A DNA stretch of 64,000 nt, from assembly GCA_964106915.2 (NCBI GenBank), contig OZ066919.1. The stretch is one strand, 5' to 3'. The notes beneath the pieces were generated by a model, which made no database searches, was not told where the DNA came from, and was given only the letters and a program-made list of their open reading frames with translations. Origin of the DNA: Podarcis gaigeae. Taxonomy: Eukaryota. Of the stretch, positions 1 through 11,664 are shown piece by piece (the stretch's first letter is position 1; each line of letters starts with the position of its first letter). Position numbers and translations under genes: made by a program.

Positions 1-347
1 GCGCTGCATTTGTGTCCCCGTTCAATTCATCACTGCAAGGGCCTGAGATAATGCCTGTCACACAAAACTTCCCAAAATAGAGCTCTTTGCTGCAGAGAAG
101 GTTGCGGGGAGGGAAGGTACAGTATATGAGTTTCAGGAGGCAGAGTCCTTTAGATCTATTAAAAAAGCTGTAAGAATTATTGCTGAGTAGAACACTTGAT
201 TATGCAACATGAAGCCTTCTCTCTGGCTTGTCATATACTGAGTGACCGAGAATATGGTCCTGGTTTAACACTTTTGAGGGCAGTTCTGCCTTCCCCATCC
301 CTTTGACGGCTGACTGTGTGTATTAGGATGACACACAACACATTGCA

Positions 348-470
348 GGGGAAGGGCCCTAGCTCAGAGGCAGAGCTTTTGCACTGCATGCAGAAGGTCC
401 CAGGGTCACTCTGGAGAGCTACTGGCAGTCAGTGTTGACAGTACTGAGTTTGATGGACCACTTGTCTGAT
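348..470 (+). mobile_element. Degraded tRNA-derived SINE (squamate type); related copies near 4030-4290 (+) and 6560-6740 (-)
   Basis: tRNA-like head GGGCCCTAGCTCAGAGGCAGAGC...GCAGAAGGTCCCAGG followed by a GCCAGTCAGTGT..ACTGAG..GATGGACC-type body that recurs in the window. Confidence 0.55.
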
Positions 471-1260
471 TTGCCAGCCTGGGCTGGGGGAGAGAACTGT
501 TGCTGGTGGGGTGGGGAGAGGCTTTGCTGTGGTGGAGGACCCAACTTAATAGTGGTGGGTAGGAGAGGCTGTTGAAAGCATGTACTGTACACTATTTTAT
601 GACATTTTTGTTGGCGTAATAAAGATATTGCCCTGGTATGGGCTTTTTCTTATGGACCAACATAGTTACTTTTAATATCCTTGTGTTTATCCTTTCCAGA
701 GTTTCTTATAATATGGAATCTTGGGCATTAATATTATGTACTATTATGTGCTTATTCTTACATTCTAGTAACGGGAGTTTCTTCCAGCCTTTTGCCAACT
801 AATCTTTCAGCAGAAGTTAACTTATTCCCTACGGATTGTTTGTGTTTAGATAGTATCCCACCCATCCAATCTACCAAGTGAAATAACTTTGGGATTGGTT
901 TATATCTATTCTCTTTAAAATTTTATATTACATTAATAACTTTAACCCAAAAAAATCTTATTTATTTTCAGTCCCATCAAAGATGCTTGGAACCTGCAGT
1001 GTAGGGCCAAATGATGGGATTACCAGCCTCATATAAGCAACATGATTAAGTTTAATTAACACATGAAGAGGTTAATACCATAGAGTAAGCAGTCCTGCCA
1101 GGCTTAGCTATGTCCACTTCCCCTCACCTTGGGAGGCAACCAAGCCTTTGTTCTCCCCCAGTCTACCTGAGAGCCTCATAGTGTGAAGAGGTTTGAGCTG
1201 GTTGCTCCAGCGCAGCCACATGGCTTTCACCAGCCATTCCTGAGTTCCTATATGCCAATA

Positions 1261-1463
1261 CAGTGGTACCTCAGGTTAAGTACTTAATTCGTTCCGGAGG
1301 TCCATTCTTAATCTGAAACTGTTCTTAACCTGAAGCACCACTTTAGCTAATGGGGCCTCCTGCTGCCACCGTGCCTCTGGAGCACGATTTCTGTTCTCAT
1401 CCTGAAGCAAAGTTCTTAAGCCAAGTCTGTAACCTGAAGTTTCTGTAACCTGAGGTACCACTG
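1261..1463. mobile_element. Non-autonomous Tc1/mariner (Tigger/pogo-like) MITE, copy 1
   Basis: TIRs CAGTGGTACCTCAGGTT / AACCTGAGGTACCACTG flanked by TA on both sides; similar copies at 14189 and 56106. Confidence 0.85.
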
Positions 1464-1769
1464 TACTTTAGGAACTTTCACTACTTCATAACTAAGCCAA
1501 GTTCTAACTGCCTCTGTGCAACTTTCTGAAGCAATCGAACCTGGAGAGTTTGTTAGTGAACCATTTTTAAACTTACCGAAGACATGTGGTCTTTTAGTAT
1601 GGTAGGGAAAGAGGGAAACTTTGGAAAGAAACTTTTCCAGGGGCATTTTGGAACTCCCATCACCCCAGACCAATGTCTGTGCTGTCTGGGGCTGACAGGA
1701 GTAGGAGCCGAGCATCTCCTTATCCTTCTGGCAGCTGCCCTTTTTCCTTTCCTCTTCATGTCTGATTTA

Positions 1770-2280
1770 TGCGAGGCACTCGCCAGAAACAGGCGTTATC
1801 ACCACCGCCATCCGCCTGACTGGCAGAAAACACGTCCAGGTGTACTTCGGGGGAAGTTCTCTCTTTGTCCTCCGGAGGGCGCTGCTGCTAAACCCAAGTT
1901 CCCCGCGGGAGCTGCGTTTGCAAGGCGGCATTCTTTCGCCAGCCGAGCTGCTGCGCGCGCGGCGCTTTCTTTCTGCCCCTCGGGATAGTCGCCTTTTTGC
2001 ACGGCTGCGCTGCCTGCCTTTGAAGTGCACGGGGAAAACCCGCGAAGCTGCCGCCGAGCGAAGTAAGTATGGCAGGGCCGAGGCTGCAAGGGGACAAAGC
2101 GCGACGAGGAGTTGCACGCGTACTTCGCAAGCTCGATCTCTTGCTGAAGCACGCTTGGATTGCGCGGGGCGTTGCAGGCGATGCTACGCTGTCTTGCTAC
2201 GTTGCACCAGCCGCTTCGGTAGTTGCGCCTTGCCCTTTGCTCGAATCGTTTAAAAGTTAGCCGTCGTTGACGCTGCAACC
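1770..2280 (+). promoter_or_regulatory. CpG island; probable TMEM61 promoter and non-coding first exon ending at 2062
   Basis: High CpG density against a CpG-depleted background; consensus donor GAA|GTAAGT at 2062/2063; the next strong acceptor tied to a gene is TMEM61 at 11238. Confidence 0.55.
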
Positions 2281-3011
2281 AGTAAGGGATTCAGAATGGT
2301 CTGCAAGACTCCCAGATCAGTGGCAACTCTGGCAATTTATTTTATTTTATTTTTGCAAGCACGATTATTTTGCTCGAAGCCTCATTCGTTTGTGTGTGTG
2401 TTTTTTGTTTTGCATGTTTGCTTCCAGCCGGCACTCGCGGAGATGATAATAGCATTAACAGAGCTTTTTCATCCTGTATCTTAAAAGCCCAGTGCATTTT
2501 CTTTGTAAGAGTTGAGTACAGCTGGGGCGGGTGAGAAGGGGGGGGGGATACAGAACCCATTTCCATCTAGGCTTGATGGGTGCTTTCGCATCGCGCTTCT
2601 TCGCCTCCCTGCTGTATTTCTGCGGTTGCTAATAGCGTTGGATGGACGCAGAAAGCAGAAAGATTGGCGGGGGAAGATGCCATCATCACACTTGCGTTTT
2701 CTGAGTGGGACGGAGGAGCCAAGAATCTCGCGTCCTTAGATTTTGTTTAGTAAAGAGTGCGATCCTCGAGCCTGGTGAAGCCAGTTTAGACCCATATTTG
2801 TATAAACCCAGTTTAATCTGTTTGCTGATGAATCATAAAGCTTAGCGGAGCCTCTCGACCACATTCTGCACAACTTGTTCTGTGCACTTACCCTGCAACA
2901 ACTATTAAGCTTGTTGGATTGATCAGATATCTTCTTCCTTCCCTGCCATGCACACAGTGACTTTAGATCTATTCCTGCAAGACATTTCCCATTAAGAATA
3001 GCCCACACTTG

Positions 3012-3158
3012 CAGTGGCGTAGCGTGGGGGGTGCAGGGGGGGCCAGCCGCACCGGGCGCAACATCTGGGGGTTAGGGTTAGGGGGTGCAAATCCACGGCT
3101 TAGGGGGTGCAAATTACTTGCCTTGCCCCAGGTGCTGACAACCCACGCTACGCCACTG
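3012..3158. mobile_element. hAT-type MITE with internal TTAGGG units
   Basis: Perfect 17-bp TIR CAGTGGCGTAGCGTGGG; perfect 8-bp TSD CACACTTG (3004-3011, 3159-3166). Confidence 0.9.
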
Positions 3159-4130
3159 CACACTTGTAACAGAAAGCATCTCAGAGCTGTAATTAGTAAA
3201 ATATAGAGCTAGGGTTCCCAAACGTGTAGCACACAGGTGCTTGCATGGTGTACTTGAATATATCCAATATTCTGAACTTGCATAAATGGTGTATCCTCAG
3301 TAGTGGAGAAAGGAGGGTTCATCACAGCTCAGTGCTTATACCTACACAGGTAAGCCACCTGAAGCTTAGTTTGTTTCAGGTACCTAATGGGTGGTGGAGG
3401 AGCATGCAGATTGAGTTCAGTTTGATTCTGATGTATCCAGGTGTGTTGGATTCATTATCTGTAATTGGCTTTCTGTGATCTGCTCTGTGACGGTTTTATG
3501 GCAAAAGGTGGGATTGGAACACCCAGTTTTCAAAACTCCCATTGTTCTAGGCACATTTTGTGACAGGGAATTTCATCAGTGTGAGCAGGTTCTGAGCTCT
3601 GGGAGGAGTGCTGCGCCTAAGATTTCAGACTAAAACTGCAGAGTGGCAGGAAAGGAGGACTTTTTTCTGCCTCCGCACTTCCAGCTACTCTCTGAAGGCT
3701 GGAGAAGAGACCCTCCTAAGAATATTAGGGGCGGGCAGGGGAAGGACGAAACCACATGAAAAATTTTAGCTGCAGTTCATTCATTTTCAGCTTTGTATTC
3801 TTGTTATAAAAAAGTGTGCCTAGCCATTCCATTGTTGCACCCATAACCTAGGTTTAAGGTGCCATTTAGCTCCTAGCTTTAATATCTCAAGTTTCTAACA
3901 CTGGCGAGACCTCAAATAAAGAATTGTGCATGCTAATGTTTTGTTTCCCCTGCTGGGATGGTGTTATCTGGGAGGATAACCCTACATATTAAGGATCCTG
4001 TAGCTGTTTATAGAAGCCATACACTAGAAGAGGGCAGTATCTCAGTGGGAGGGCCTTGCTTTACAGGCAGAAGTTCCCAGGTTCAGTTTTTGGTTTGGGG
4101 AAACCCAGCCAGATGGGCAGGGTATAAATG

Positions 4131-4173
4131 ATTTCTTCTTCTTCTTCTTCTTCTTCTTCATCATCATCATCAT
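4131..4173. repeat. Compound (TTC)n(ATC)n microsatellite inside a SINE remnant
   Basis: Read directly. Confidence 0.9.
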
Positions 4174-4518
4174 CTCCAAGTAGGTATGGGGAAAACTCCT
4201 GAGTGAAATTCTGGGAGGTGGTGCCAGTCCGTGTCAGTAACATTGAGCTAAATGGAACTCATAGCCTGATTCTTTATAAGGTAGCTCCTATATTTTACAC
4301 AATATGTTAGCCCCAGCATGCCCTCTGCCTCCACTTTCCACCTCTCCCAAAGCAAAGGTTTTTCTTCTTCCTTGAGATCAAGAAAAGAATGTGGCAGTGT
4401 GTTGCTTCTGACGGGGCAATACGTAGAACAGGCAGATGACAAAAACCATCCAAAAATGCCTCCACAGGAGTGGCATTTCAAGTAATTGTCAGCTGATGAA
4501 AAGTGATAACTAATAATG

Positions 4519-4654
4519 CAGGCATAGGCAAACTCATCCCTCCAGATGGTTTGGGACTACAACTCCCATGATCCCTAGTTAACAGGACCAGTGATTAGGG
4601 ATGATGGCAATTGTAGTCCCAAAACATCTGGAGGGCCGAGTTTGCCTGTGCCTG
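4519..4654. mobile_element. hAT-type palindromic MITE (GGACTACAACTCCCAT family)
   Basis: TIRs CAGGCATAGGCAAACTC / GAGTTTGCCTGTGCCTG; TSD TAATAATG / TAATAACG (7/8). Confidence 0.85.
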
Positions 4655-4847
4655 TAATAACGATTATGGAAGCCTGAGTGCAACCCATCTTTAGACACTC
4701 CCAATATGTTCTCCTGGGACCCCCTGCCCTTGAAAACTTTTTAAAGTTTACTTCCATCCAGAATTTGCAGCAGGAGGGGAGTCTTAGTAGGTGTAAAAAG
4801 TACTGCCTGGTGGCAGAAAAGTTTTCTTTCCTCAAAGGCATCAGCCT

Positions 4848-5149
4848 CAGGGTCATAGCTAGCTGCTCCAGCCCCCAGAGCAACGGGGGTGGGGCAAGGA
4901 ACTCAACAGGGGCGCTGCAGCAATCCGCCTAGGGAGTCTGCTGGGCAGACACAAGCCCCACGCTGCCATTTTGGGCAGCGCGGGGCCCTGAGCCACTGCG
5001 TCACTCCCAGGAGATATGTGTGGCTCAGGCGCACTGCAGGCCAGGCCCCGCAGTAAGTGCCGCCCCCCTTGGTGTGCCATTTTGTCACTCCCTCAGGGAT
5101 GACACCTAGGGCGGACTGCGCCCCCTGTACCCCCCTTTCTATGCCCCTG
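4848..5149. mobile_element. GC-rich hAT-type non-autonomous element
   Basis: Ends CAGGGTCATAG / CTATGCCCCTG; TSD ATCAGCCT / ATCAGCCC (7/8). Confidence 0.7.
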
Positions 5150-8100
5150 ATCAGCCCAAACCGTTATGTATCTGAATGCTGATTTAGAAGCCGCCAGCGT
5201 TCCCCTCTCAACAACCTTGGCCTTGGTGGGCCCATGCCAGTACTGGGTGGGGAACAAGGCAATAATGCGCAGAGGCTAGTTTCTCTTACACACACACACA
5301 TCCTACTTAGCCAAGGTCCAGTCCCAGTTCAGGGACACATTCCTGCCAGTCCAGGAGACTCAAGGGTGGTGTAAAGGCCTGGGCAGAAAGGATGTGGCTG
5401 GGGAGGGTGCATGGTTTGGGAGAGTCCCAAGAATCAGATAGAGAAGCTTAGAGGGCTGTCTCCCACCCACCCCTGAGCTTGAGCCCCCCACCCACCCTGC
5501 AACTTAAGTCTTGCCCGTGAGTGTTAAGACTAGTATCCGCAACAGCACAATTTCATGCATGTTAACTATGCTCTGTGTTCTTTAGTAAGTGTGTTTGGAA
5601 TAGAAGCCTGGCAGCAGCAGCCTTATTCAGAAGTAAGACCCATTGAGTTCAATGGCAGTTACTCCCAGGTTAAGTGGGTTTAGGATTGCAGCCTTACTAG
5701 CTAGTCTATTGACATATAAGTGAAGACCTGTGGACCCCTGCACTTAATTCCTGCCATTAAGCAGCCCCTTTCAAGGATGCTCTTACCACCCCCCCCCCCA
5801 GTTTTTCAGTATTCTCCCTTTCCATATCTTTTCAAAGCTTTGAACTTTCTCAGCCTTTGTATTTATGTATTTTAGTAAATGTATACCCTTCCTGTTCATC
5901 TGGTGCTGCCTAAGACAGCTAACAAAACACATGGATATGAGTATGTGTGTGGATAGCTCTCTCTGTGTGTGTGTGTGAAACCAAGATGAAATACAAATAA
6001 ATAAAAAAATGCAGATCTCTTATGAGGGTAAGGAATAGCTGAAACAAGACTGTAAAGGTGCAGTTCTAAATACATGTAACTTAGCAACTAAGCCCTGGAT
6101 TGAGTAGAACTGACTTGTGAAGTAAGTGTAAGATCGCGCTGATAAGTTTTTGGGATTTGATCTCGCTGCCATTGGTGTGAGGAGGGATCCACTACAATTC
6201 CCCTCCTCCTTTTCTGGAAGCGTGGGCAGAGGATGCTGAAAATGTCACTGCTGCAGCTTTTATGCAAGGGGGAAGAGAGGACTTTTTCCCGTATGAAACT
6301 GTCAATCTCCCTTATTATTTTGTAAGCGATAAAAATTGCGTTAAGCTGTTAGCCTCCCCCACAAAAATCATCCTAGAAGGCTGAACTGGAAAGTGTTCGC
6401 TGTGTTGCCTCAGATGCAAAACAAATGGCAAGCTGGTCTTCAGCTGACTCGTAGAAAAACTCTCCAATTCTAACTTCTCATACCTGACTGAGTCACCATC
6501 CTTCCTGTCCACAAAGATGGATTCCTCTCATGACTCTTTGTGGTTTCTTAATCAATATTTTCACCCTCCTTATACCAGTTCAGACTGTCCACCAAGCCTA
6601 CTGTCCACTGTAACTGGCAAAAGCTCTCTGGGATCTTGGGCAGAGATCTTTCCCCATTACTACCACCTGATTTTGTTGTTTTTGGAGGGTTGAACTTGGG
6701 ACCTGCTGGCATGCAAAGTGTTAGCAGTAACCAACAGGCTGTGTCCACAACACTATACCTTTAAAACACAGTCAAAGAACATCATTCTTTACCTCAAAGA
6801 ATTATGGGCACTGTAGTTTACCCCTCAAAGAGTTACGATTCCCAGGAATTCTTTACAAACTACAGGGACCTGTATTCTTTGAGAGAAAGAATGGGCATTT
6901 ATTATAATTATCATCACAATTCCTCCACATTTATATAGTGTTTAAAGGCTTGGGTTCTATGGCTTTTCCTCCAGTTAGTAAATGATATAATATATTTCTG
7001 CGTGCCGCCCCAATCTCCAAGCGGTGCGAGATTTGAGGGGTTCCAGGCACTCGCCCAGGGTTTGTGTTTCCTTTTGGGAATGAGGCACTGTGGAGACGGT
7101 AGTGTCTTGATGATATATGGTTTGTTCACACATATATGCAACCTGAGCCTGCGATGGAGGGGCTCACAGCATCAATGTCCCCAAAGGGTCTTGTTCTCCC
7201 ATAGCCACAGCCGTGGATTCTAGCAAAAATCAGCCATGGCGCGCTCTCTCTGCTTTTCCAGCCTGCCACTTTTTCTTCTAGGCCACATCACAGCAAACTC
7301 TTCCCTCAAACCCCAGCTTTGTCCTTCTAACTATCCGAGAGCTGGAGAAGAAGCCCCCCCCCCAATTTTACATCTGGCACAGAGCCCTTTCCTTTGCTCT
7401 CTTAATGGCCAGTTACCTCATCAGGAAGGTAGCCTCCCTTGATTAGCTGGCTAGGATTACAAGTGTCTGGCACCCACAAACTCATAACAATGTGATCTGT
7501 TTTTGCCCTCTTTGTTTGGTGGAGAGGGGCCTGAAGGGGGGAAGCATTGACTGAAGCATCTTAGTTAATAAAATGGTTGAGTCGCATCTCTTGGCTTTGC
7601 TCCTGGTGGCCACAGAGGCATCCCACGAAATGTGTGGTATGCAAGGAGCCTTATCCTGTAATCCAATTTATTGTGAGCAGACTGTCTCTGTGAGGTTAAT
7701 TACTTGGTGTTGTTAAGACAGGCAGCGTACCACGGCTTAAGCCCTGTATAATCCTTCAAGTGGATTTAAGAAGGGATTGACTCACCCACATTTTGTAGAC
7801 CCAGCAGGTAGGTAGATATTCCTTTGAAACCGTTGTTGGCGATGAAGCTAGATCTTGGATCGAGCAACAAAGGTAGCTCACATTTTAGCATCTCTTTTAT
7901 ATTTGCAGCATATCTGAATATTATTAATTCAGTTACTTACCAAAAGGGACCAGGGTGGGTTGCAGCAATCTAAAAATATTGGGATGAATTCAGCATTGTG
8001 CTTTGTTGAACATTCTGTCAGTGCAAACTTTTCAACTTGCCAGACAGAACAACCCCCCCTCTCCTCTTTGCTGTGCTGTTTTCAGGGTTCTCCTGACCCT

Positions 8101-9818
8101 TCCCCAAGCTGTTTCTGGGGGAGCAGGGGGGAAGCCCAGTTGCACAAGTAGAATACCTTCTACAGTTGGGACTTGTTGATCACAGGACTATTCCATTCTA
8201 GGGGTTGGATTCGAATCTATTGCCCGTCTTCCAAAGAACCTTTGAATATCAGACAATCTTACCACCTTATTATTATTTCTGCTATACCCCTTTTTGGCTG
8301 TTCAGGTTTTTGAAAAGCAGGAGCACACAAGGCAACGTCTTCTGGGACTGCTTGTCTTCTGTGGTCTCATACCACCATTGCCCACAGGGGCACATACTAA
8401 TATAATTGTTGGTGCTGCGGGAGATCCTTTCTTAGACTTGGAAGGTGTATTTCCAGGACCTTAGAGAGTGCAACAGACAATGCATCAGTTCTGCTGACCT
8501 TGCAAGGTACAAACCTGACAGTCCCTGACAGTAATTCCCATCTCCCCTCTCAATTTCTTTCTGACATATAGTACGGAAACCTTACTGCAGGGATAGGCAA
8601 TCTGTGGCTCTCCAGAATTCAGACATTGTTGGACTCCAAATCCCATTGGCCCCAGCCAGCATGACCAAATGGTCAGGGATGGTAGGAATTGTAACCCATC
8701 AACACTTGGACTCCCTGGCCCACACCAAGGATCCAAAATTTAGAGCGTCTTTAGAACATCTTAGTAAAAGGGAGTCTGGAGGTAACGTCTGCAGCAGCCC
8801 AGATACCAGTCCCCAGATCCAGCTTTTTAGGTACCAGCGATGGCTAGGCATTTTTGTTTTTGCACTCCTGACAAAGACCATTGACTTGGCCATGTCATAT
8901 GGGACAGAATCAGCTCCAGAGTAGTCCCATGTTTATGTGATTCAACAATCGTTGAGCTGTGCCAGGGATGCATTCCCCAAAGCTGAAAGAGGCACTAGAT
9001 TAATACACTTCAGATTCATCCAATCTGTCTGCAGCTTTAATAAATCTGATTTCATCACATCTCTTCATTAAATATGGATAAGATCATCCAGGATTTCTTT
9101 CACTGCCTCGTAATTCAGTTTCCCAATTAGCTTGCCCAGCTCATGTGAAAAGTGCAGTTTCCACTCGTCCTGAAGATGACAAATTAATCCCAGTTTCTAG
9201 GTTTCTTCCTCTGCATCAGATCTGAGATTGCATATTTCAGAACAAACACAGGGCTATTCACTCCTAGAGATTTATCGAAACAATTCCCTCCCCTTTCTCT
9301 CTTTATAGGTTGCTGTTAACCTTCAGACTGGGCCACGCTTTGAAATACTGTAATCGTTTGTGCATTGTCTAATTGTTGCAGGTGTTTGAAAATTATAATG
9401 AAAAAAATTAATATCCAAACAAATCTTTAAGGCTCCCCGCAGCAATACAACTTGTAAGCCTTTTAAGATAATTGCTAAATCACTTAGTCCTCGGAATACG
9501 TTTTTCTCCCATTTCATCTTGCGCTTTCCCTTCACTCGAAACCTTGCATATTATGATTAACACCTGATTCATACAAAGCATATTCATTTTTGCATGGTTA
9601 TCGACTCAACTGTGCAATTACAGTGATTATTACACCGTAGATCTAGGGGTACATCCTGTGCAGCCTCCTCTCCAAAATCTAGATAGCATGAGTGGCATCA
9701 ATAATTATGGAATTATGAAGACCTGGGAGCTATGGCTCTCGTATCATAAATAGACGACAAGTAGCCAGTTGCCATTATGTGTGAATCTGCTGGTAACGGC
9801 AGTGGCCTTCAGCTCATG

Positions 9819-10240
9819 CATAAGAAGAACCTGCTGAATCAGGCCAATGGTCCATCTAATGCAGTGTTTCCCAACCTTGGGCCTCCAGCTGTTTTTGGAC
9901 TACAACTCCCATCACCCCTCGCTAGCAAGACCAGTGGTCAAGGATGATGGGAATTGTAGTCCAAAAACAGCTGGAGGCCCAAGGTTGGGGAACACTGATC
10001 TAATGATCCATCGAAGTCCAGGATCATGTTCTCACAGTTGCCAATCAGATACCTGTGGGAAGCCCACAAACAAGACAGGAGCACATCTGCCTCCTTGCAA
10101 TTCCCAGCAACTGGCATGCAGAGGCAACCTGCCTGGGACGGTGCAGGTAAAACACAGCCAGCATGACTAGTAGCCATTGATAGCCTTGTCCTCCAATCCT
10201 TTTGTAAAGGCATCCAAGATGGCGCCTGTCACTGCCTCCC
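9819..10240 (-). mobile_element. CR1 LINE 3' fragment interrupted by a hAT MITE
   Basis: Reverse complement of the CR1 3' end at 12448-12716 (...GATCCAGCA..CTCTTCTTATG tail, ORF2 C-terminal remnant). Confidence 0.65.
9862..9997. mobile_element. hAT-type palindromic MITE
   Basis: Long TIRs starting CAGTGTTTCCCAACCTTGGGCCTCCAGCTGTTTTTGGACTACAA; perfect 8-bp TSD ATCTAATG. Confidence 0.9.
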
Positions 10241-11311
10241 ATGGGAGCCAGTAGATTAGGGTTATTTTCATACTCATCCAGTCTGTTCCACACAATGAAT
10301 CTTAGTAGTGGACTGCAAAACTCTTTTATTTATTAATAGGATTTCTAACACACTCTTTATCAAGTAAAAAATAAAATAAAATCCCAGGGCCAGGGACATA
10401 CAAACTAATAAAATATATTCACAGATGAAAATTCAGCAGGGCAGCTAAAACAGTGAGTCAGGACTATAGGCACCTGCAATTTAAGCACCACTCTTAAGTA
10501 ATAAATGCCTGGGCAAGCTCAGTGGTAATCTAGGATTGGAACCTGGTTGGGGTCGCTTCCAGATGACCTGTTTACTGAGCATTCCTCCTTACTTGTTTGC
10601 ACTAAGTTTCCAGGGAGGTTAGATGGCATTGAACATTTGTTCTGATTTGTTTGTGGGGAGGTTATACCATGTGGCATCAAACAGTTGTTATCCCACACTT
10701 TCCAGTGCATTTTCCTGTCACTTTCCTTATCACGAAAAGTCCAATATTGGGGGCAGTGGGTTTCTTGAACTAGATGGCCAAATCAGCTTTCATTGGGCCA
10801 CCCGAATTTGCCAGTATGTGATTGAAAACAGTGCTAGTCTGGAAATGCCCAAAGTCAGATATTGGTTGATGTTCACACAGAAGGATCAGTCATTGTTATT
10901 ATTTATTATTTATTACATTTCTATAGAACCCTTCATTTGAGCATTGCGGGGCAGTTTACAATATAAAAACGCAAGAATACACAACATAGTAACAAGCAAA
11001 ATGGTTTGCTTTAATAGTGGTCTGTTTGACAGAAGGGATGGCAGCAGCACGTTTAATGAAAAGTTGTGACAAAAACTGCTACCTGCAATAATTAACTGGC
11101 CGTTACGTTGCTCCTGGTGTGTTGGGAGGACAGCATTCCTCTCGTCCTCAGTTCATGCTTTGTATTTTTTATTTCCCCCCTATTCTTTTCCCACTGTGAT
11201 GGTTTCTCTTCTCCCCTTCCCTTTTTTTTCACCCCCAGCATGAATCAGGACATCAGACCTATTTCCTGGTGAAACTTTAGATGACCTGTATCTGCAGCCT
11301 CTGTTTTTAAA

Positions 11312-11664
11312 ATGGCAAGTGCTACTTTGCGCCATGGAATGACCATCACTGGAGCTATCCTGCTGGTGACGGGGACTCTCTGTTTTGCTTGGTGGAGTGA
11401 TGGTGAGATGGGAGCCGCCCCATCTAGCAGTGAGCCAAAGATCATGCCTGATGGAGAGGTCGGACCAGTGGCAAGCTCTTCTTCCTCATCTAATGCACTG
11501 CTCAGGTCCATAAGCTTCTTCTGCTGTGGAATTGGCGGTCTCCTCCTCCTTTTTGGCCTTCTGTGGTCAGCCAATGCAGGGATAATTTCTCGCCGCTATC
11601 AGTACCATTTTTCAAGGGACCTTCATTACTCCACCGTGGAGCCTCTTGAGAAACAGACCTGCAG
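11312..11664 (+). CDS. TMEM61: TMEM61 first coding exon (both TM helices)
   Basis: AAAATGG Kozak context; donor AG|GTCAGC, phase 2. Confidence 0.9.

Noticed and set aside
670-980. AT-rich segment resembling a decayed L1 ORF2 end on the minus strand
   Set aside because: Too degenerate to support without a database search
1584-2278. Overlapping 116-159 aa ORFs on both strands
   Set aside because: Expected stop-codon depletion in a CpG island; no protein motifs
11240-11311. Readthrough N-terminal extension of TMEM61 from the in-frame ATG at 11240
   Set aside because: Two in-frame TGA stops (11270, 11282) and no recoding signal seen
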